A stretch of 64,000 bases of DNA from the NCBI GenBank assembly GCA_964532775.1, contig CAZHNA010000001.1:585-64584 (forward strand). Direction: 5' to 3'. Position 1 is the first letter of the stretch, and each line of letters opens with the position of its first letter. The translations under genes and the position numbers were made by a program. This document shows positions 20,709 to 29,692 of this stretch, piece by piece. The notes beneath the pieces are model-generated. The model saw only the letters and a program-made list of their open reading frames with translations. It searched no databases and was not told the DNA's origin. Origin of the DNA: an uncultured Methanosarcinales archaeon (lineage in GTDB: Archaea; Halobacteriota; Methanosarcinia; Methanosarcinales; Methanosarcinaceae).

Positions 20709-21950
20709 ATGTCTTATATTTCAGAAATCGATCCGGAAATTGAAGAAGCATTGAAGCAGGAGGCGGAAAGGCAGGAATTCAGGCTCAACTTGATTGCATC
20801 TGAGAATTATGCTAGTCGCGCAGTGATGGAAGCTCAGGGTTCCATCATGACAAATAAGTACGCAGAGGGTTATTCAGGTAAACGTTATTATGGCGGATGT
20901 CAGTATGTAGATGTTGCCGAAGATCTTGCAATCGAAAGAGCAAAAGAAATCTTTGGTGCAGAACATGTGAATGTGCAGCCACATTCTGGCTCAGGTTCCA
21001 ACATGGCAGTTTACTTCTCTGTCCTCAAACCCCGGGACAAAATCATGTCCATGGACCTCTCTCATGGTGGTCACCTTTCCCACGGAAGCCCTGTAAGTTT
21101 CTCCGGCCAGTTATACGATGTTGTTCCTTACGGTGTTGACCGTGAAACAGAAGAGCTTGACTATGATGCTCTCATGGAAATGGCAAAGAAAGAGCTTCCA
21201 CAGATGATTGTTGTCGGAGCTTCCGCTTATTCCAGAATTCTAGACTTTAAGCGTTTCAAGGAAATCGCCGACGAAGTAGATGCTTACCTGCTTGCAGACA
21301 TTGCACATATTGCTGGTCTTATTGCAGCAGGTGTTCACCCAAGTCCAATTCCATATGCAGACTTTGTCACAACCACCACCCACAAGACCCTCAGGGGTCC
21401 AAGGGGTGGAATGATTATGTGTAAGGAAGAATATGCAAAAGGCGTTAACAAAGCTGTTTTCCCCGGAATACAGGGCGGGCCTCTCATGCACACAATTGCT
21501 GCAAAAGCAGTTGCTTTCAAGGAAGCCCTGAATCCTGATTTTAAGAAATACCAGAAACAAACCATAAAGAACGCAGATGCACTTGCCGGAGCTCTTGTTG
21601 ATAGGGATTTTGATATAATTTCCGGCGGTACTGATAATCACCTTATGCTCATGGATCTCAGCAAGTTTGATATCACCGGCAAAGACGGCGAGGCCATCAT
21701 GAGCAAAGCTGGTGTCATTATTAACAAAAATGCAATTCCTTTCGAAACCAGAGGTCCATTTATCACTAGTGGTCTTCGTGTAGGGACTCCAGCTGCAACA
21801 ACTCGTGGTATGAAGGAAGGGCAGATGGATGACATTGCAGGATTCCTTGATACAGTTCTCAAGAACCCAACTGATGAGAAGGTGCTTGCTGAAGTGAGTG
21901 CTGATGTCCAGCAGTTGTGCAGTGACTTCCCAATTTACCAGAATCTCTAA
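20709..21950 (+). CDS. glyA: Serine hydroxymethyltransferase (bacterial-type)
   Basis: [33 protein letters not shown]. Confidence 0.97.
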   Translation: MSYISEIDPEIEEALKQEAERQEFRLNLIASENYASRAVMEAQGSIMTNKYAEGYSGKRYYGGCQYVDVAEDLAIERAKEIFGAEHVNVQPHSGSGSNMAVYFSVLKPRDKIMSMDLSHGGHLSHGSPVSFSGQLYDVVPYGVDRETEELDYDALMEMAKKELPQMIVVGASAYSRILDFKRFKEIADEVDAYLLADIAHIAGLIAAGVHPSPIPYADFVTTTTHKTLRGPRGGMIMCKEEYAKGVNKAVFPGIQGGPLMHTIAAKAVAFKEALNPDFKKYQKQTIKNADALAGALVDRDFDIISGGTDNHLMLMDLSKFDITGKDGEAIMSKAGVIINKNAIPFETRGPFITSGLRVGTPAATTRGMKEGQMDDIAGFLDTVLKNPTDEKVLAEVSADVQQLCSDFPIYQNL

Positions 21951-21960
21951 GGTGTGTTAA

Positions 21961-22839
21961 ATGACAGACGAAAGCAGGATTATCGATGGCAGGGCTCTTT
22001 CAAAAAAGATTGAAGAGCAGGTGAAGAGCGAAGTCGAAGGCTTAAAAGAAAGCACAGGCGTTGTTCCCGGTCTTGCCACGATTCTCGTAGGGGATGATCC
22101 TGCTTCCAAAATGTACGTACGTCTCAAACACAAAGCATGTGAAAGGGTTGGTATCAATGCAGAAGACCAGAATCTTGATACTTCTGTTTCACAGAATGAA
22201 CTTATTGATCTGATAGAATCCCTCAATTCAAGAGCCGACATTCATGGAATACTCCTGCAGCTTCCGCTCCCCGCTCAACTGGATGCAGAAGAAGCTATGC
22301 AGGCAATTTCCCCAACAAAAGATGTTGATGGTTTTCATCCCTGTAACGTTGGAAACCTGCTAATCGGGGATGAGCAACTTGTTCCATGCACTCCAGCAGG
22401 AATAATCAAAGCGCTTGACGAATATGGAGTGGAAATTGAAGGCAAGAATGCAGTAATCGTAGGGCACAGCAATGTCGTGGGAAAACCCATGGCTGCAATG
22501 CTTTTAAACCGCAATGCCACAGTTTCCGTGTGCCACGTTTTTACCGATGATCTGAAACGCTATACAAAAGAAGCGGATATTCTTATTGTTGCCACCGGAG
22601 TCAAACATCTTATCAAAGCCGATATGGTGAAAGATGGTGTTGTGGTATTTGATGCTGGTATTTCCGAGGAAGGTGGCAAGGTTTATGGAGACGTTGATTT
22701 TGAGAATGTCGTCAAAAAAGCATCCCTCATTACACCTGTTCCGGGTGGCGTGGGTCCTATGACTATTGCAACTCTTCTTACACATGTTACGCTTGCAGCA
22801 AAGCATTTCGCAGGGCAGCGGGCACACTTATATAAGTGA
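21961..22839 (+). CDS. folD: Methylene-THF dehydrogenase/cyclohydrolase
   Basis: [30 protein letters not shown]. Confidence 0.96.
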   Translation: MTDESRIIDGRALSKKIEEQVKSEVEGLKESTGVVPGLATILVGDDPASKMYVRLKHKACERVGINAEDQNLDTSVSQNELIDLIESLNSRADIHGILLQLPLPAQLDAEEAMQAISPTKDVDGFHPCNVGNLLIGDEQLVPCTPAGIIKALDEYGVEIEGKNAVIVGHSNVVGKPMAAMLLNRNATVSVCHVFTDDLKRYTKEADILIVATGVKHLIKADMVKDGVVVFDAGISEEGGKVYGDVDFENVVKKASLITPVPGGVGPMTIATLLTHVTLAAKHFAGQRAHLYK

Positions 22840-22866
22840 TAAAGTAAGCCTTGTATTGGTAATTTT

Positions 22867-24090
22867 ATGGTCGTTGACGTTGACATATGCGGACTAAAGG
22901 TTGGGGACAGGCATCCTGTTCACCTTATGGGAGTAATGAACCTAAGCCGCGAATCTTTTTACAAGGGCTCAGTTGTCAAAGGCGATGCCCTTCTCGAAGT
23001 CGCCCACAAAATGATTGACGAAGGTGCAACGATTCTGGATCTGGGTGCACGTTCCACATGGCCTCTTGCAGATCCGATCTCAAGGGAAGAAGAACGCAAT
23101 CGCTTACTTCCTGCTCTTGATGTCCTTGCTGGCAATGTTGATGCGGTTATTTCCGTGGATACCATGTTTTCCAATCTTGCCGAAGCAGCGCTGGAAAAAG
23201 GTGCTGATGTAATCAACGATGTTTCTGGTTTTGCTATCGACAAAAAAATGGTTAATGTTGTGGCAGATTTCGGCTGTCCAGCTGTGGTAATGGCATCCCG
23301 GAAAATTCCCGGGGACGTTCTTGGTATGGACGCAGTAATGCAATCCCTGCATGATATTCTCCAGCTAAGTGAGGAAAAAGGGATTGACACTGATAAGGTA
23401 ATCCTTGACCCTGCTATCGGGAAATGGATTCCTGAAAAGGTTCCTACGTATGATTTTGAAACAGTTGATCGTTTTGAGCGGCTCAAAAGTTTCAACAAAC
23501 CAATTTTGGCAGCACTTTCACGCAAATCCTGCATCGGTGAAGTTTTGAATAAACCTGCCGAGGACAGGCTTTACGGAAGCCTTGCAGCTACTGCGATTGC
23601 AGTCCAGAAAGGAGCCCATATTATTCGTACTCATGATGTAGGTCCGACTCTTGATGCTGTCAAGGTAGCAGCAGCAATTCGCGGGCGCCCTCCTGTGGAA
23701 ATTGACGGTGAAAGGGAAATACAGATGCTGGAACTCACGGACCCGGTTGATTCCGTGAGATTAATGCAGTCGCTGAATGTGACTTCCACTGGCGCGGAAA
23801 TCATGAAAAACAAGACTGTGATGTTTAACCTCCTGATCAAAAACGTTACTACAACCGAATCCCTCATTATCAAACAGGAAATTCTTGCAAGAGGAGGCGA
23901 TGCTGCTCTTGAAAGAAATGCTGTGTCCCACGAAACCGAAAAGACGGATCTAGTGGTAATGGGCACACTCCTGCAACTCAAAAAGCTGGCTGAAAAACTT
24001 CAGGGTCAGGCACGTGGTCTTCCAAAGATTGCGGAAATGATTGATGCAGTTCTTCGGGAATATAATGATATACAATACCGTTACCAGTGA
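22867..24090 (+). CDS. folP: Dihydropteroate synthase with an additional C-terminal domain
   Basis: MGVMN..ESF, ISVDT, INDVSG, LSRKS, IIRTHDV, then a ~135-aa extension. Confidence 0.9.
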   Translation: MVVDVDICGLKVGDRHPVHLMGVMNLSRESFYKGSVVKGDALLEVAHKMIDEGATILDLGARSTWPLADPISREEERNRLLPALDVLAGNVDAVISVDTMFSNLAEAALEKGADVINDVSGFAIDKKMVNVVADFGCPAVVMASRKIPGDVLGMDAVMQSLHDILQLSEEKGIDTDKVILDPAIGKWIPEKVPTYDFETVDRFERLKSFNKPILAALSRKSCIGEVLNKPAEDRLYGSLAATAIAVQKGAHIIRTHDVGPTLDAVKVAAAIRGRPPVEIDGEREIQMLELTDPVDSVRLMQSLNVTSTGAEIMKNKTVMFNLLIKNVTTTESLIIKQEILARGGDAALERNAVSHETEKTDLVVMGTLLQLKKLAEKLQGQARGLPKIAEMIDAVLREYNDIQYRYQ

Positions 24091-24096
24091 TACAAA

Positions 24097-24711
24097 ATGA
24101 TAATTTCTTCTTCCAAACCCTTTGAGGAAATCCTTTCCATGCTGGATGATGCCGGCAAAATCTTTGTTCTGGGATGCGGAGTGTGCGCTACAAAACTGCA
24201 TGTGGGAGGCGAACCCGAAGTTGAGGAAATGTGCCGCAAACTACGGGAATCAGGGAAGGATGTAATCGGAGGGGCGGTCGCAAAAGCGGCATGCAGTGTA
24301 AAGTCTCTGGATATTTTGCTGGAACTTGATCCAAAGATTGCAGATGCGGATTCTCTTCTCATAATGTCTTGTGGAAGCGGACTTTCCATAATTGGTTCTA
24401 TTGTAAACGTACCGGTACATCCTGCCACGAATACTGATTCTCTGGGAGGAATATCCTGTGGGGAAGTAAAGGAAGAGCAGTGTGTCATGTGTGGCAACTG
24501 CATTGCGGACTTTTTTGGAGGAATTTGTCCCACAGCCCGGTGTCCCAAGGGGTTGCTGAATGGTCCCTGTGGCGGTTCAATGGATGGCAAATGTGAGGTT
24601 GACCCTGAGAAGGATTGTGTGTGGGAATTGATTTACATCAGGCTTAAGGACATCAACCGGCTGGATTTGCTGGATAGGATGTTTGAGCCGAAGGAATATG
24701 GAAAACAATGA
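24097..24711 (+). CDS. MetV-like Fe-S subunit of methylene-THF reductase
   Basis: CVMCGNC...GGICP...CPKGLLNGPCGG...KCE...DCVW; directly upstream of metF. Confidence 0.88.
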   Translation: MIISSSKPFEEILSMLDDAGKIFVLGCGVCATKLHVGGEPEVEEMCRKLRESGKDVIGGAVAKAACSVKSLDILLELDPKIADADSLLIMSCGSGLSIIGSIVNVPVHPATNTDSLGGISCGEVKEEQCVMCGNCIADFFGGICPTARCPKGLLNGPCGGSMDGKCEVDPEKDCVWELIYIRLKDINRLDLLDRMFEPKEYGKQ

Positions 24712-24720
24712 GGTTTGTAA

Positions 24721-25602
24721 ATGACTGACAGTTTTGCAGCTAAACTCAAATCAAACCAATTCATCATCACCACAGAAATATCTCCTCCCAAAGGCGTGGA
24801 TCCCACATCAGCCCTTGGAGATGCAGATTTTCTCAGGGGACATGTGGATGCTTTCAATATCACTGATAACCAGCGGGCGGTTATGCGGATGTCTCCGCTG
24901 GCGATGGGAAAACTCCTACTGGGTGCTGGCCATGAAGTTATCATGCAGTTAACCTGTCGGGATCGCAACAGGCTTGCATTACAATCGGATCTTCTCGGCG
25001 CATATGGGCTTGGGATGCGGAACATTTGTTTGATGACTGGGGACTATCCCACGAAAGGCGATCATCCCGGTTCAAAACCTGTCTATGATCTTGATGCTGT
25101 GCAGCTTTTACAGGCTGCTACTAGGTTGGAAAACGGCACAGATTTAGCTGGAAATTCATTGGAATCGGCTCCTGTTTTTGTGAAGGGGGCAGTGTGCAAT
25201 ACCGATCCTGATAACGTGATGCAACTAATGAAGCTTGAGAAAAAAGCACGTGTAGGGATTGATTTTTTACAGACTCAGGCAGTTTATGATATTGGAAAAT
25301 TTGAGATTTTTCTTGAAAGTATATCTCATATTGAGGTTCCCATACTTGCGGGACTAATTCCTCTGAAATCCGTAAAGATGGCTAATTTTATGAACAAAAA
25401 TATTCCGGGGATAAGGGTGGAAGATGAGCTCATTGGTCGTTTGGAGTCTTCGGAAGACATGGCTATGGAAGGAGCTTTAATATGTGCTGAACATATCCGG
25501 GAACTGAAGAAGATTTGCAGGGGAATTCATCTTATGCCTGTTGGAAACAATCGCAATATCCCTACAATTCTTGAACTAAGTGGCTTATCTGAAAAAAAGT
25601 AA
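24721..25602 (+). CDS. metF: Methylenetetrahydrofolate reductase
   Basis: EISPPKG, NITDN, TCRDRNRLALQ, TGD, QTQAVYD. Confidence 0.92.
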   Translation: MTDSFAAKLKSNQFIITTEISPPKGVDPTSALGDADFLRGHVDAFNITDNQRAVMRMSPLAMGKLLLGAGHEVIMQLTCRDRNRLALQSDLLGAYGLGMRNICLMTGDYPTKGDHPGSKPVYDLDAVQLLQAATRLENGTDLAGNSLESAPVFVKGAVCNTDPDNVMQLMKLEKKARVGIDFLQTQAVYDIGKFEIFLESISHIEVPILAGLIPLKSVKMANFMNKNIPGIRVEDELIGRLESSEDMAMEGALICAEHIRELKKICRGIHLMPVGNNRNIPTILELSGLSEKK

Positions 25603-25633
25603 TTTACTCCAATCACGCTGGATGGACATAACA

Positions 25634-26878
25634 ATGCTTACGCAGATTGATCATGCAAAAAACGGAACAGTAACTCCTGAAATGCAATATGTTGCAAAAA
25701 AGGAAGGTATGGACGAAAACACGGTACTTTCCCGTGTAGCTGAAGGTAGTCTTGTCATAATGGTCAGGGATTGTTGTCCGCCAACCGCTATCGGTAAAGG
25801 GGCTACTACAAAGGTCAATGTCAATCTGGGAACTTCAGCTGCAAGTATTGATCCGGTGTCCGAGTTGCAAAAAGCTGCAATTGCGGAAAAATATGGTGCT
25901 GACACAATCACCGACCTTTCAATGGGTGGGGATATTTCTGGAATCAGAAAAAACATTTTTGAAAACACTACTCTTCCAATTACTACGGTTCCAATATATC
26001 AGGCAATAGTTGAGAAAGGCCTGAAAAGCGTAACTGAAGATGATATTCTCTCTTACCTGAAATTGCATGTTGAAGAAGGTGTTAGTTCTGTTGTCCTTCA
26101 TTGTGTAGATAAGAAAATGCTTGAGACCGTCAAAGGTTCAGGCAGAGTCATGGGGATGGTCTCAAAGGGCGGTTCCTTCACCAGCGTATTTATGCTTACT
26201 AATGATTGTGACAATCCTTTCCTGAACAACTTTGATGAAGTTCTTGACATTCTTAGGGAAAAGGATGTTGTGCTTTCTCTTGGGAATACGATGCGAAGCG
26301 GATGCATTCATGATCCAAGAGATCCTGCGCAGTTTATGGAAATACAGACGAATGCAAACCTTGCAAACCTTGCCAATAAAGCAGGCGTACAGGTAATTAT
26401 TGAGGGAATGGGCGGTCATGTGGCAGCATCCGCAATTCCTGAATTCGTGAAACTCTACAAATCAACATCTCCACATCCTCTTTTTGTTGCAGGTCCACTG
26501 CCAACAGATGTTGCGTTGGGGTATGACCACATTGCTGGTGCAGTGGGTTCAAGTATGGCAAGTGGTGCAGGTGCTGATTATCTTTGCTACATCACCCCCT
26601 CCGAACATCTTGCTCTACCGACTCCGGATCAGGTTCGTGAAGGATTAGTGGCTTTTAAGATTGCAGCTCACATCGGCGATTCAATCAAATACGGTATAAG
26701 TGAAAAAGATCGTTTGCTTGCGGAGAGGCGTGCAAATTTCGATTGGGAAGGCCAAATGGAACTTGCATTTGATTCGGACAAACCCCGGGACATCTGCCCG
26801 ATGGTTGGCCCGTGTTCAATGTGTGGGGAGTACTGTGCTATACAGATAATGGGGGAGTATCTTGAAGGAAAACAATGA
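25634..26878 (+). CDS. Divergent ThiC/Bza-family radical SAM-like protein
   Basis: TKVNVNLGTS, GADTITDLS, TVPIYQ, YDHI, LCYITPSEHL, C-terminal CSMCGEYC. Confidence 0.85.
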   Translation: MLTQIDHAKNGTVTPEMQYVAKKEGMDENTVLSRVAEGSLVIMVRDCCPPTAIGKGATTKVNVNLGTSAASIDPVSELQKAAIAEKYGADTITDLSMGGDISGIRKNIFENTTLPITTVPIYQAIVEKGLKSVTEDDILSYLKLHVEEGVSSVVLHCVDKKMLETVKGSGRVMGMVSKGGSFTSVFMLTNDCDNPFLNNFDEVLDILREKDVVLSLGNTMRSGCIHDPRDPAQFMEIQTNANLANLANKAGVQVIIEGMGGHVAASAIPEFVKLYKSTSPHPLFVAGPLPTDVALGYDHIAGAVGSSMASGAGADYLCYITPSEHLALPTPDQVREGLVAFKIAAHIGDSIKYGISEKDRLLAERRANFDWEGQMELAFDSDKPRDICPMVGPCSMCGEYCAIQIMGEYLEGKQ

Positions 26879-27665
26879 CACTATAACTAAATCCATAGAA
26901 ATGCTGGGAATCCAGACAGCACTAATCAAGCCGGATGATGATATTGTCTCGATTCTTGAAGATGCATTTGAGGGAAATGGGATATACCCTGAAGACGGCG
27001 ATATCATAGTACTCGCTGAATCAGCGGTTGCAACTGCAGAAGGGCGGCTTGTAAAGCTTTCCGATGTGGATCCGGGACAGAAAGCTGTCCGTTATGCCCA
27101 CAGATTCAGTCTTGATCCGAGAGAAATGGAGCTAGTTCTCCTTGAATGTGATGAAGTATTCGGAGGAGTCACAGGCGCAGCATTGACTATCACAAAAGGA
27201 AACCTTTCTCCGAATGCAGGGATTGATGGCTCGAATGCCCCTGAAGGGCATGTGGTGCTTCTGCCCGAAGATGCACAGAAAAGTGCCGGACAAATCAGAC
27301 GAGCTCTTTATGGAAAATACGGTTGCAGGATCGGTGTGATTATTGGGGATAGCCGGACACAGCCGATGAGGCTTGGCTGTGTTGGTATAGCTCTTGGAAC
27401 TTCTGGCATTATACCGGTTGAAGATTCACGAGGTGACCTTGATCTCTTTGGAAAACCTCTGAGTATTACTCATAAAGCCATTGCTGATAACCTTGTTTCA
27501 GCATCACAGTTGCTCATGGGTGAAGCAGGAGAGCGCATCCCATGTGTTATTGTCAGAAATTCCGGTATCCGAATAATTAATGCCGATGTACCAATGCCGT
27601 TATTTTCCAGCGATGAATGCATGTATTTCAGTAACATTCGTCAATCTTCTCAAAAGGATGATTGA
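26862..27665 (+). CDS. CofE-like gamma-glutamyl ligase
   Basis: PNAGIDGSN, VIIGDS...R, DLFG, LMGEAGE; TTG start after GGGGAG. Confidence 0.85.
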   Translation: MKENNDTITKSIEMLGIQTALIKPDDDIVSILEDAFEGNGIYPEDGDIIVLAESAVATAEGRLVKLSDVDPGQKAVRYAHRFSLDPREMELVLLECDEVFGGVTGAALTITKGNLSPNAGIDGSNAPEGHVVLLPEDAQKSAGQIRRALYGKYGCRIGVIIGDSRTQPMRLGCVGIALGTSGIIPVEDSRGDLDLFGKPLSITHKAIADNLVSASQLLMGEAGERIPCVIVRNSGIRIINADVPMPLFSSDECMYFSNIRQSSQKDD

Positions 27666-27790
27666 TTCGGGTATCTTTATATAGTTAGATCACGTGGTTA
27701 TGCAAGGATATTGCAAAACCGCCCACAACGATAAACCATTTGAAAGAAGGCGTTGTATATACCAAAATAAGGATCAAAAGGTGATCAAAA

Positions 27791-28060
27791 ATGAGCAAAG
27801 TTGTTTTACTTGATTTTAGTGCTACATGGTGTGGCCCCTGCCAGATGCAGAAACCAATCCTCAAGGAAATTGAGGCAGAAATGGGGGACAAGGTCGAAGT
27901 TAAGCTTATTGATGTGGATCAGCATCCCGATCTCGCAGGAAAGTATGAGATTCATGCAGTTCCTACATTAATTATTGAAAAGGACGGGGCTGAAGTACGC
28001 CGCTTTACCGGTGTTACTAACAAGGATGCCCTTAACTCAGAGTTATCCCAATTACTCTGA
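27791..28060 (+). CDS. Thioredoxin
   Basis: WCGPC, AVPT; SD AGGTGA. Confidence 0.95.
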   Translation: MSKVVLLDFSATWCGPCQMQKPILKEIEAEMGDKVEVKLIDVDQHPDLAGKYEIHAVPTLIIEKDGAEVRRFTGVTNKDALNSELSQLL

Positions 28061-28204
28061 GTCCATTTTCTTTTTATTTCTCAATTATAGGATTCAAAAT
28101 ATTAAGCAGATCCTGAACTCAATTTCATTCATCCTTCGCGCCAACCTAAAATATATTGTGCCCCTACTCCTCCCCGAGGGATCTCTTTGGATAAGCTTAT
28201 AGAT

Positions 28205-29194
28205 ATGGGTTTGTTGGTCTACCGGCAGAAAAATTCTCGGGGTGGATTCAAACCACACCTCGGATTAAAATTCAGATCACAGGAGGGCGACATGCGCTCA
28301 TTTGTGGTTGATACAACCCGTACTCCACAGAAGTATCCTCAGCCAGATGCTTATCTTATCACTCACGCTCATTCTGATCATCATGGTAGTTCAGCCATGC
28401 GTTCTGATCGTTCCGCTTGCACTGAGAAAACTGCCCGTGCACTTGAATTGAGACATGAAATAGAGTATATGGGAGAACTTGTGCCGGAAAATAGCGACGG
28501 TGAAGTTGCCGACGTTAAAATAAAAACCTACAGTACAGGGCATACCGAAGGGTCTGTCGCATTTGGGTGGGAAAATGAGAATGGAGTTCGCATTCTTGTT
28601 ACAGGTGACGTAAAAGACGCATCAAACCTGCCGGATTGTGATGTACTTGTAACTGAAGCCAACTATGGAGATCCGGGAGATCCTTTCTGTCATTTTGAAG
28701 ATGATCTGGAATCATTTGAAGAAATTCTTTTTTCAGAAGAGCGGATTGCCTTTGGAGCCTATTCTTTTGGGAAAGCACAAAGAGCAGTAAAACTAATTCG
28801 CCAAATGGGATACGAGGGTTCCATTTCCATGGAATCTACTTCTCTTAAACTCACACGTTCTCTGACGCATGAAGCAGGTGAACTAGTCGACATCAACGTT
28901 TCTGCAAAAGTGAGCATTGTTCCTCCTCACCAGTTAGGGAAGCTTTCTTCTTCGATTTCTAAATATGTGCTATCTGCAAGACAGGACCATCCTTATCCAT
29001 CGGTTTGTATCAGTGATCACCTTGATGCACATGGGCTTGTGGATATGGTCGAGCAAATTGATCCCGAAGCAGTGGTAGTTTATCATCCTACGGGGCATCG
29101 GCCTTCAAGATTTGCTTCACATCTGTGTTCTCTCGGCTTTGAAGCCATTTCTACAGAGAATATTCCGAATGTATTGAGCAATGAGTATCTCTGA
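28205..29194 (+). CDS. MBL-fold metallo-hydrolase (beta-CASP-like)
   Basis: THAHSDH, GHTEGS, TGD, TEANYG, SDH. Confidence 0.8.
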   Translation: MGLLVYRQKNSRGGFKPHLGLKFRSQEGDMRSFVVDTTRTPQKYPQPDAYLITHAHSDHHGSSAMRSDRSACTEKTARALELRHEIEYMGELVPENSDGEVADVKIKTYSTGHTEGSVAFGWENENGVRILVTGDVKDASNLPDCDVLVTEANYGDPGDPFCHFEDDLESFEEILFSEERIAFGAYSFGKAQRAVKLIRQMGYEGSISMESTSLKLTRSLTHEAGELVDINVSAKVSIVPPHQLGKLSSSISKYVLSARQDHPYPSVCISDHLDAHGLVDMVEQIDPEAVVVYHPTGHRPSRFASHLCSLGFEAISTENIPNVLSNEYL

Positions 29195-29269
29195 AAGGCG
29201 GACAATAAATGTTTATATAGGTTATGATGTCTATGAACATCCATAACATTCATTCAGGAGATACGGCCC

Positions 29270-29659
29270 TTGAAGAAAGATAATAAGGATAGCTCCAAAG
29301 CAGTGGAAGAGGATCCGTCCTCCGCAAAACCAGCAAATTCTGCTGGCAAAATCGCTATTAAGGAAATGACTCCTGAAGAAAAACGTACTTCACATATTCA
29401 GGGAATTATCAAGACGGCGGTAGCTGCATATATTGGAGTTATGGCTGGAGCCGCTGCATATTTCCAGCTTGGTGTGGGTACTGAAACCAAATGGTATGCT
29501 ATGTTAGCAATTATTGCCATACTGGCTTATTATGTACAACGCCTAATTTTTCCTGCACTTAAGATCGACACTAAAGAATTCGGCATTAAAGGATGGCTTT
29601 ATGTTGAGTTTCTGGTAGTCGATTTCTGTCTTGTAACCTGGACGCTTCTGCTTAATTAA
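29270..29659 (+). CDS. Small membrane protein (EMC6-like), upstream of ABCE1
   Basis: Three hydrophobic segments, ends TWTLLLN; TTG start after CAGGAG. Confidence 0.65.
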   Translation: MKKDNKDSSKAVEEDPSSAKPANSAGKIAIKEMTPEEKRTSHIQGIIKTAVAAYIGVMAGAAAYFQLGVGTETKWYAMLAIIAILAYYVQRLIFPALKIDTKEFGIKGWLYVEFLVVDFCLVTWTLLLN

Positions 29660-29692
29660 TAAAAGTGCCCTGATGGCTTAAAAGGGATTAGC

